DNA from: the human T2T-CHM13v2.0 reference genome, Homo sapiens
Assembly (NCBI RefSeq): GCF_009914755.1
Contig: NC_060937.1
Reading direction: 5' to 3' (one strand)
Length of the DNA stretch: 64,000 nt
The notes below the pieces were generated by a model that had not been told where the DNA came from, did no database searches, and saw nothing but the letters and a program-made list of their open reading frames with translations. The position numbers were made by a program, and so were the translations under genes. The stretch's first letter is position 1. The number at the start of each line of letters is the position of its first letter. Shown piece after piece: positions 1-10,260 of this stretch.

Positions 1-190
1 TGTTAAAAGAAGTTCAGGTTTTATGGAAAAAATAATTTGTAGAAACTCCATCAAGTAACTAATATATATGCATTGCTGTAAGATGGTAATTCATTCACAT
101 TTGTTTTAATTTTCTTCTACTTCCTGCCTGCTACTTAATCACATAAATGTCAGTGCTTCTGAAATATTTAGACTATGGTCTAGAGGTTAT

Positions 191-499
191 TAGTCGTGCA
201 TCACATAATGACATTTTGGTCAACAATACCTTATTTTTACTACACCTTTTCTAAGTTTAGATATGCTTACACATGCAAATACTTACCATTGTGTTACAGT
301 CCCCCACAGTATTGAGTAGATAACATGCTGTACAGGTTTGTAGCCCAGGAGCAATAGGCTATGCCATATGGCCTAGGTCTGTAATAGGCTATACCATGTT
401 GGTTTGTGTAAGTACACTATAGGATGTTTGCACAATGATGAAATCACCTAATGATGCATTTTTCAAAATATATGCCTGTTGTTAAGCAATGCATGGCTG
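191..499. mobile_element. Tigger3a/MER7A-like non-autonomous DNA transposon (TcMar-Tigger) with a small internal deletion
   Basis: Degenerate terminal inverted repeats (tagtcgtgcatcacataatgac ... gttgttaagcaatgcatggctg). The core 'tacaggtttgtagcccaggagcaataggct...gtttgtgtaagtacact' matches the recalled Tigger3a consensus. Confidence 0.8.
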
Positions 500-2439
500 T
501 GTATGCATCTAGTAGGCATAAAATGACTACTGATCCCCTGTATTTTATGTCATATGTATTGATTTTTCTTTCCAAAAAACCCAAAACACAAAGAAACTCT
601 ACTTCAATGTTAATTTCTACTTAAAAGTAGTTGAGAACATTCTTCATACCATAAGGCACAGGGCATAAATATTTTTTATATGCAAAAGATATGGTTTAAT
701 TATTATGAACTGGTATTCATTAAGATAATTTTTCATATAATTTTAATACTGCTTATTATTTAAAGAAATATTTGTTTGTTCTGGAAGACATTATCAAAAG
801 TTTAGTAGGCCAGAATTAAATCCTATATAGCAAGCATATTCATCACTTTTCTGGGATCATATATTATAGTTAAATCATCCTGAGAAATGAGCTAGAAAAT
901 CTCTGAAAATTAAAAAATTTATAGGACTTCCATTAAATATTTTAGTAATATGATGATAATAGATAATTTCAGTAAATTAAAATTTTTCTTTCTCTCTTTG
1001 TCCCTTTTATATTCACATGTATATACATTCTTGTACCAAGCTTATTGTTAGAAGATCACTGGTAAGATTCATGTGGGTATTATGGATAAATCCTAATTCA
1101 CCATGGTGTTCTCTAAGAATACATACACAAGAGAAAAGGTGAAAATTACAAAGAATTTTATTAATATGTAAGCAAGTGTCTAATATTCTGTAATTTATGA
1201 CTTTCCAGTAAATTTAAATTGAGAAAAGAGCTTAGACTCTTAAGCATCAGAGCTTCTACTTATTACCCTTAGTCAAACAGTGAAACCACACACTCGGACA
1301 AAGGGAAGAGAGGAATGGTTAGACACTCTTAGTGGCCCCAAAATTCCCGCTTTTCTAGCCATATGAATTGTAAAAGAAGAATGGTGACTACCTGACCCAA
1401 CAGGCCAGCACTTGCCTATATCTGAGTCAGAAAGTTCAAAGGAGAGAGAGGATTGCTGGATTCCCGCCTTTCAGATATAGTAACCCTTAACATTAATGCA
1501 ATATTACACTATGAATGTCTTTGGCTTTGATACATTAAAATAGGAGTTCCTCTTCCCTATTGAATGAGTTAGGAATAGTTGTAGGAATTACCCTTATAGT
1601 GAAAGAGGGATTTAAAAAACTTTCATTAATGCTTAATACAAGACAAGAATGTAATATTTCTCTGAATGAATTTGGGCAAAAAGGCATTTGAAAAGAAATT
1701 GATTTCAAAAGAAACAAACCCTACTGATATGTGTTTTCATTAATAGCAATATTTTCAAATATTATAACATTGTAAGTTTATAAATTGTGATATTAAAATT
1801 ATTCAAGAGATCATAATTTCTTTGTCATTAGATTCAGCTATACTGTGTATGCCTATAGTAGGTATAAAATGATGAATAATTCCCTTTATCTTATTCATAT
1901 ATATTGACTTTTCTTTCCCAAAAACCTGAAACCACAAGAAACTGGATTTCAATATTAATTTCTACTTAAAGTAGTAAAAATCTATAATTTATTCTTATAT
2001 TAGGATTAGATTAGGCAAACATATAAAGAAAAGCACTTCAGAATAATAAGAATTCCAGAAGATGAAACATACCAAAAATTACACAAGAAAAGAATGCTGC
2101 TATAAGATGGAAAAAGTTAGAGAAATTATGTAATTTTTTGAGTAGAACATTTATTTGAATACTTAGACTAAAAGGATTAATGGATTATCCAGAAAAAGTA
2201 ATGAAAAAATATAACACAAATACTGATGATTTTGAAAAATTTAAAAAATCCTACAATTATCAGAAGGAAATTTTAATTTATCAGTGAATTAAATTTTATC
2301 TTAACTAGCATATAGGCTTTTGGTTTTCATTATATTAAGGTCTGGGAATACAATCGTATTGTATATCAACTGTCTATACCTAATTTTGTGGGAAACATAT
2401 TAGCCCTTAAATGTTTATTTAGCCTTTCATTGCTTTTCA

Positions 2440-2537
2440 CCTCGTGTGTTCAGGTGATTCTCCCACCTCAGCCTCCTGGATAGCTGGGACTATAGGCACA
2501 TGCCACCACACTTGGCTAATTTTTTGCAGAGATAGGG
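2440..2537 (-). mobile_element. Old Alu (AluJ-like), right-arm part, interrupted by THE1
   Basis: Reads 'tcccacctcagcctcctggatagctgggactataggcacatgccaccacacttggctaattttt'; the Alu resumes at 4832. Confidence 0.85.
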
Positions 2538-4831
2538 TGTATTTGTCTGTTTTCATGATGCTGATAAAGACATAGCCGAGACTGGGCAATTTACCAAAGA
2601 AAGAGGTTTATTGGACTTATAGTTCCATGTGGCTGGGGAGGCCTCACAATCATGGCAGAAGGTGAAAGGCACATCTCACCTGGTGAGACATGTCTGGTGT
2701 CTGGTGACAGACAAGGGAAGAGAGCTTGTGCAGGGAAACTCCCCTTTTTAAAACCATCAGATCTCGTGAGACTTATTCACTATCATAACAGCAAGGGAAA
2801 GACCTGAACCCATGATTCAATTACCTCCTACTGGGTCCCTCCCACAACATGTGGAAATTCAAGATGAAATTTGGGTGGAGACACAGTCAAACCATATCAT
2901 TCCACGCCCGACCCCTCCCTAATCTCATGTCCTTACATTTCAAAACCAATCATGCCTTCCCAACAGTTCCCCCAAAGTCTTATTTTAACATTAACTCAAA
3001 AGTCCACAGTCCAAAGTCTCATCTGAGACAAGGCAAATCTCTTCTGTCTATGAGCCTGTAAAATTGAAAGCAAGTTAGTTACTTCCTAGATACAATGGGG
3101 ATACAGGCATTGAGTAGATACAGCCATTCCAAATGGGAGTAATTGGCCAAAACAAAGGGGCTACAGGCCCCAAGCAAGTCCAAAATACAGCTGGGCAGTC
3201 AAATCTTAAAGCTCCAAAATGATCTCCTTTGACTCCATGTCTCACATCTCGGTCACACTGATGCAAGAGGTGGGTTACCATGATCTTGGGCAACTCTGCC
3301 CCTGTGGCTTTTCAGGGTACAGCCTCCCTCCCAGCTGCTTTCATGGGCTGGTGTTGAGTGTCTGCAGCTTACCAAGGCACACAGTGCAAGCTATTGGTGG
3401 ATCTACAGTTCTGGTGTCTGGCCTTCTTCTTATAGATCTACAGAGGCCTTCTTCTCATACCTCCACTAGGTGGGGCCCAAGTAGGGACTCTTTGTGGGGA
3501 CTCTGACCCCACATTTCCCTTCCTCACTGCCCTAGCAGAGGTTCTCCATGAGGACCCAACCCCTACAGCAAACTTCTGCCTGGACATCCAGGCATTTCCA
3601 TACGTCCTCTGAAATCTAAATGAAGGTTCCCAAACCCCAATTCTTGACTTCTGGGCACTGGCGGGCTCAACACCATGTGGAAGCTGCTAAGACTAGAGGC
3701 TTGCACCCTCTGAAACCACAGCCTGAGCTTTGCATTGGCCCATTTCAGCATGGCTGGAGTGGCTGGGATACAGGGCACCAAGTCCCTAAGCTCCACACAG
3801 CATGGGGACCCTGGGCCCAGCCCACGAAACCATTTTTTCCTCCTAGGCCTCTGGGTCTATTATGGGAGAGGCTGCTCTGAAGCCCTGTGACATGCCTTGG
3901 ATATATTTTCACCATTGTCTTGGTGATTAACATTTAGCTCCTTGTTACTTATGCAAATTTCTGCAGCTGGTTTGAATTTCTCCCCTGAAAATGGGATTTT
4001 CTTTCTATTGCATTGTCAGGCTGCAAATTTTCCAAACTTTTATGCTCTTATCTGCCCTTTAAAACTGAATGTCTCTAACATCACCCAAGTCACCTCTTGA
4101 ATGCTTTGCTGCTTATACATTTTTTCTTCCAGATACCCTAAATCGTCTCTCTCAAGTTCAAAGTTCCACAAATCTCTAGGGCAGGGGCAAAATGCCACCA
4201 GTCTCTTTGCTAATATATAACAAGAGTCGTCCATGCTCTAGTTTCAAACAAGTTCCTCATCTCCATCTGAGACCATCTCAGTCTGGATTTCCTTGTCCAT
4301 ATCATTATCATCATTTTTGTCAAAACCATTCAACATTTCTCTAGGGAGTTCCAAACTTTTCCACATTTTCCTGTCTTTCTGAGCCTTCCAAATGATTCCA
4401 ACCTCTGCCTGTTACCCAGTTCCAAAGTCACTTCCACATTTTCAGGTATCTTTTCAGCAGCACCCCATTCTACTGGTACCACTTTACTGTATTCGTCTGT
4501 TTTCATGCTGCTGATGAAGACATTCCTGAGACTTGGCAATTTACAAAAGAAGGAGGTTTATTGTACTTACAGTTCCAGCTGGCTGGCGAGGCCTCACAAT
4601 CATGGTAGAAGGTGAAAAGTACATCTCAGATGGCAGCAGACAAGAGAAGAGCATTTGTGCAGGGAAACTCCCCTTTTGAAAACCATCAGATCTCATTAGA
4701 CTTATTCACTATCAGTAGACGAGCACTGGAAAGACCTGCCCCAATGATTCAATTACCTCCTACTGAGTCACTCCTACAGCATGTAGGAATTCAAGATGAG
4801 ATTTGGGTGGGGACACAGCCAAACCATACCA
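2538..4831 (-). mobile_element. Full-length THE1 (THE1B-like) MaLR provirus: LTR 2538-2899, internal 2900-4487, LTR 4488-4831
   Basis: Both LTRs run 'tgtatt(t/c)gtctgttttcatg' to 'aaaccata(t/c)ca' and share the short 'ggaattcaagatga' variant. About 1.6 kb of THE1-int lies between them. Degenerate 5-bp TSD taggg/tgggc. Confidence 0.95.
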
Positions 4832-4944
4832 TGGGCTTTTGTCATGTTGCCCAAGCTGGTCTCGAACTCCTGGGCTCAAGTGATCCACCTGCCTCAACCC
4901 CCCAACATGCTGGGATTACAGGTGTAAGCCACTGAACCTGGCCC
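4832..4944 (-). mobile_element. Old Alu (AluJ-like), left arm, continuation of 2440-2537
   Basis: Reads 'catgttgcccaagctggtctcgaactcctgggctcaagtgatcc...gggattacaggtgtaagccactgaacctggcc'. Confidence 0.9.
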
Positions 4945-5269
4945 TGTTTAGCCAATTTATTTACAAGCAATGGCTTATGAAGTGTATCCCACAGTCCTTA
5001 AGAACAGAAACAATAACACACACACACAATAAAACAGCTATTCAGATATACTCAAGTAGACTGAGATAAACCAAAGAAATCAAATGTTGCAAAGTAATAA
5101 TCTTAAAGCATGTGATAAGTAACTGTTGCAGAATTACATCCAGGTAATTTTTGTTAACATTATTTAAACAACTTAATATGCCAAAAATAATTCTTGGTAT
5201 TAAAAAGCACATAACATAGTTTTTCACTGAATGAGGCTGAAGTTGAAAAAAGCAAACCAAAACAAGACA

Positions 5270-5600
5270 AAGAGGAAAGCTAGAATAAACACTGTCATTT
5301 TGGTTTGAATTCCCAGGTATTAGTATAAACCCATGTTTGTTTTCTTAGATATGCCTGTGGACAAATAGATTCTTAAACAAGTATATGCATGGGCTAGTAT
5401 CTATACATATATCACCTATTTTTGTGCCCTAAGAGAGTCTAGAAGTAGCAACACTCCAGTAGCAATGAACACATCCAGCAACTAGATCTTGATTAATAAA
5501 TATATCATTCCCTGACAAATGGAAGTAGAGCTCCTCGAAGAAGTGGTTGGTTGCAGATCTGGAGCATGTAAAACAAAAGGTAAAACTGAAGCTCCTTAAC
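5270..5600 (+). mobile_element. Ancient L1MC3/L1MC4-like 3' region fragment
   Basis: 'tctagaagtagcaacactccagtagcaatgaacacatccagcaactagatcttg...ggaagtagagctcctcgaagaagtgg' resembles the L1MC (MER42) 3' UTR. Boundaries are approximate. Confidence 0.55.
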
Positions 5601-6435
5601 AATGCAGGGAACAAATTAAAATAGTATTGGATTGTAACTAAAACAATATCTATCTATCTATATAAATTTACTTATCAAAGCATATGACATATATTTTGGA
5701 GACAGTAAGGTTGAGTGATTAACAAGATAATTTCTATAATTGTTTTCTTTGTATCCTTTTTTATTTGTTTAGCATTGTTTTCCACTTGTAGATGACTGCC
5801 CCTATATTAATAGAGTATTTAAATTTGTGAAATAAGTGTATAGAATTGGCAGCAAGGATATGAGAAAAGAAAACATAAAAAATTTTTAACTTCCACTTCA
5901 GCAAATCTGAGCTACTTTAGGTAACTGCAAGGTAGTTAAAAAATAACATTCATGTACAATTTAAATAATGTCTCATATAATGATTTAATTTAAATTTAAT
6001 AACAGAGTTATTGCAGGTTAATAAATACCACCTAATGATTAAAAGCATATTTATTTAGATTAACAGCTATTAAATAATCTTATCACACTTCCTATGGTTA
6101 ATTTTGTTTGAATTATATTTTAAATTATTTAAAATTCTATCTTATGCCCACTTCTGTTTGAAATAATCTCCTTAAAATTTAAGATGAAATCCTTTTCTTT
6201 AACAGTCTCTTTAATCATTTGCAAACTAATTTATCATTAATAAACAGAAAACATTTACTATGAGACAACACATTATGGAGACATGTAAAAGGCTCAATAG
6301 AAAAATTAAGGTGAAATGGGAGTAAGCAGATTAATTACGTAGATTAATTTTTCAATGAGGCATGTTCACTTTTATTTAATACTTTTTAAATTATAAAATT
6401 TCTCTCATAAATCTCAATATTTGCACAATTTTAAA

Positions 6436-7310
6436 TAGTAATAATAATAGCAAACATTTATTAAAAACATTTGTGTCAGACAGGCTTTTCAGCATTGCTT
6501 TTAGAAAACCTCATTTGATTTTTTTTTTCAGGAGTACATGTGTAGGTTATTTATTTATTTTTTATTATACTTTAAGTTTTAGGGTACATGTGCACAACAT
6601 GCAGGTTTGTTACATATGTCTACATGTGCCATGTTGGTGTGCTGCACCCATTAACTCGTCATTTACATTAGGTATATCTCCTAATGCTTTCCCTCCCCCT
6701 TCCCCCCACCGCACAACAGGCCCTGGTGTGTGATGTTCCCCTTCCTGTGTCCAAGTGTTCTCATTGTTCAGTTCCCACCTGTAAGTGAGAACATGCAGTG
6801 TTTGGTTTTTTGTCCTTGCGACAGTTTGCTCAGAATGATGGTTTTCAGCTTCATCCATGTCCCTACAAAGGACATGAACGCATCCTTTTTTATGGCTGCA
6901 TAGTATTCCATGATGTATATGTGCCACATTTTCTTAATCCAGTCTATCATTGATGGACATTTGGGTTGGTTCCAAGTCTTTGCTATTGTGTATAGTGCCA
7001 CAATAAACATACATGTGCATGTGTCTTTATAGCAGCATGATTTATAATCATTTGGGTATGTACCCAGTAATGGGATGGCTGGGTCAAATGGTATTTCTAG
7101 TTCTAGATCCTTGAGGAATCGCCACATTGTCTTCCACAATGGTTGAACTAGTTTACAGTCCCACCGACAGTAGGTGTCATTACCTTCATTTTTTATATAT
7201 GGAAACTCAGGAACAGAAAAATTGAACTTTACAAATAGAACAATTAGAAATTGTCAAAACTAAGGCAGTTTAACACGAATTATCATATTTTTAATGAACA
7301 GGCTATACTC
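6436..7310 (-). mobile_element. MIR split by the L1PA insertion (parts about 6436-6520 and 7171-7310)
   Basis: 'aataatagcaaacatttatt...cctcatttgat' on the left and 'taggtgtcattaccttcatttt...ggaaactcaggaacaga' on the right are consecutive antisense MIR segments. Confidence 0.6.
6548..7170 (-). mobile_element. 5'-truncated L1PA4/5-like LINE-1 (3' UTR plus ORF2 C-terminus)
   Basis: T-rich tail followed by 'ttatactttaagttttagggtacatgtgcac' and 'catttacattagg'. ORF 6768-7139 is the L1 ORF2 C-terminus (EIPFDPAIPLLG...). Possible short TSD gtaggt. Confidence 0.95.
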
Positions 7311-7329
7311 ATATTACCCATCAAAGTGC

Positions 7330-7914
7330 CTACATGACTTAGCTGGACCCCTATCCAGTTTTTGTAGCCCAACGCAGTGCCTATGTGACATAGCTAAATT
7401 ACTACTAAGCTTTAATTCTGCTTAATTTTAGGAATTTGGATGTCTGTGGTCAGATATCCTTCTTAGGACTAAACCAGCTAAGGTTGGCAAAATCCCTGAT
7501 GGCAGTATACGTCACCTATAGCTTCAGTATAATCCAGTTTCCATGCTAAATGACACTCTCCTTTGTACCATGACAGTTAACAATTACCATGACAATGACC
7601 AGAGGAGACTAAGAAAGACATAAAAGAGGCAGCACCTTGATTCGAGGAAAATCTCTCTCCCCCCACCAACAAAAGCACGAATGTCCCTCCCCTTTTTCTT
7701 AATAACCAATTTCTTAATTAAAAATATCCTGTATCTATAACTTTCAGGTTCTCAGAAGCTGAGCTGATTTTCAAGATACTCTCCCACTTCTCCAATTTTG
7801 TGGTCATTGAATAAAGCCTGCACTGCTTAACACTTATGTTTGGTTTTGTGTGTTGACTTTGTAACACTAAATGGAAAAGAACGCCTTTTGGGACAACTGA
7901 GACCCCTGGTAACA
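7330..7914 (+). mobile_element. ERV1-class (MER4/MER41-group-like) solo LTR
   Basis: Motif 'ctaaatgacactctc...ccatgacagttaacaattaccatgacaa', AATAAA near 7810, and terminal 'ggtaaca'. The 5' boundary and exact family are uncertain. Confidence 0.6.
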
Positions 7915-7949
7915 CTCTCACTCTATGATCAAAATGACCTTTCTGTGAA

Positions 7950-9355
7950 TTTATTTTTACTTTTAATTGTATATTTACAAATTATATAAATATATATTTA
8001 TGGAGCACAGAGTGATGTGATGATTTATAATAAAAAGTGGAATAATTAAATAAAGCTAACTAACATATCCATCACCTCAAATATATATTATTTTTTAAGA
8101 TGGGAACATTTGAAATGCACTCTGATAGTAATTTTGAAATACAATATACATTATTATTTACTACATTTACCATGCTTTGCAATATAACTCAAAAGAGATA
8201 AAAAACATTCCTCCTGTCTAATTGGGGCTTTGCACCCTCTGTCATCTCTCCAATTTCCCCAACTACACGATCTCTGATAACCACCATTCTACTCTCTCCT
8301 TCTTTGAGTTCCATTGTTTTAGATTCCACAAAGAAGCAAGAATACGCAGTATTTGTCTTTCTGTGCCTGTCTTAATTCACTTAGCATAATATTCTTCAAT
8401 TTTGTTCATGTTTTCACAGATTAAAAAGTTTCTTTTATAAGGTAGAATAGTATTACATTGTGTTTATATGCATCCTTTTCTTTATCCATCCATATGCTGA
8501 TGGAAGTTGATTCTAAAAGTTGGCTATTGTCAATAGTGCTACAACAAACTTGAGAGGGCAGACATCTCCTCCATAGACTGGTTTTAATTTTGAGGGGTAA
8601 ATATTCAGAAGTAGAATTGCTGGAACATAAGCCATTTAATTTTTTAGTGTTTGGAGGAAAATTCATACAATTTTTTATAATTGCTGTACTAAGTTACATT
8701 CCCACCAACAGTGTCCACGTGTTCTCTTTTCTCCACATCCTTGCCCACACTTATTTTTACTTTTTGATAACAGTCATTCTAACAGGTGTGAAGTGATGCC
8801 TTATTGTCATTTCAATTCTTATTTACTTAATGATTGATGATGTTGAAATTTTTTTTATATAGCTGTTGGCCATTTTAAAGCCATCTTTTGAAAATGTCTA
8901 TTCATTTTTTGCCCATTTTCTAATCAAATCATTTGTTTTCTCCATATAGATAGAATAGTTTAAGTTTCTTACATATTTTTGATATTAGCTCCCTTATCAG
9001 ATGTATGGGTTGCAAAAGTTTTATACCAATTCATAGGTTTGCTCTTTACTCTGTTGTTTCCTTTGTTGTGCAGCTGCTTTTTGTTTTGATGTAATTCAAT
9101 TTGTCTCTGTAATTTTGTTGCCTATGCTTTTGGGGTCAAACCTAAAAGTATCATTGCCCAGACCAATGTCTTGTATCTATTTTACCTATGTTTTCTTTCA
9201 GTAGCTTCACAGTTTCAGAGCCTACATTTAAGTCTGTAATTAATTTTGAATCAATTTTTGCAAGTGGGGTGAGACAAGGGTCCAATTTTATTCTTTTGCA
9301 CATGGGTCTCTGGTATTCCCAGCACCATTTATTGAAAAGACTGTCTCGTTTCCAG
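7950..9355 (-). mobile_element. L1MA-class LINE-1 3' fragment
   Basis: L1MA-type 3' UTR ('taacatatccatcacctcaaat'). ORF 9151-9366 translates to ORF2-like SLFNKWCWE...KLDPCLTP. Confidence 0.9.
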
Positions 9356-10044
9356 TAAGATACCAACTGCTAATGGGGTACACCTGCAAGAGTTGACTGG
9401 GAGAAATGGCCTTCTAATTTGGGAGGTCAGAGTTTGAGATCAGCTTTTTACAGAAGAAAGATGTACTTTCTGTTGAAGGAGAATATTCAAAGAGCAGTTG
9501 ATACTGATGAGATGTGGAAACAGATGTTAAAGAACTTAAATATGTAAATGTCAACACTGGGCTTTATATCTAATAAAGGCATTATAAAGACTGTGCTTGA
9601 TTTTAACAAAGATCGGATAGGAAAAGTCAGCTTCGTAATTTTTTGTTTGTAATAACTTAGAAAACGCTGAAGGTGTTATCAAAAAAGAAATTCTGAAAGC
9701 TCTCAGGCACTTTGATAGCTGGAAAATTGCTTCTCCGAAACTAAAAGCATCTGACCTAGGAGTTGGTGAAAACTTCACTGATGAGGTGAAGCAAGGAATG
9801 ATTGTGTAATGGGGTGTTTTGGTGATGAAGAAGTAAATGAGTAAAAGTTTCTATGATGTAGGGATCATAAAAAAGAGAAGGCTTTAACTCTTTTTTTCTC
9901 CTCTGTGAGCATATGTAAATAAACTTAGTAGCTACATAGGTAGGTTTGCTGCTTCTATTTTGTGAACTCTTGCTCTACATAGAAGAAATAGGATACTACC
10001 TCTTCACTTCCCTAACATATTTAGATAAATATTTTCAACTCAAT

Positions 10045-10260
10045 TCATAGTGTGATGGTTTAAAAGCCTGGATACTATCATTAAATTGATTAAATTTGAT
10101 TCTAGCTTTGCCATTTAATTGTGACATTTTGCAATTTATACTTTCTGATTCCAGTGAACTTATCTGTAAATTGAGATATCAGTATCATCTTTGTGGAGAT
10201 CTTATGACGCTTTACAAAGTTACAATCTTTAAAGCACATTAAATAAAGTCATTATTAAGT
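10045..10260 (+). mobile_element. MIR
   Basis: Degenerate MIR core 'tctagctttgccatttaattgtgac...cttatctgtaaattgagata'. Confidence 0.55.

Noticed and set aside
2000-2290. Purine-rich stretch resembling HAL1/L1M ORF1 (similar vague relics at about 12200-12760 and 53400-54990)
   Set aside because: Too degraded to assign a family or boundaries by eye.
2849-4935. Cluster of overlapping ORFs, and a similar one at 24177-26571
   Set aside because: They lie in THE1 LTR/internal and adjacent Alu sequence. They are short, interrupted and on both strands, so they are not genes.
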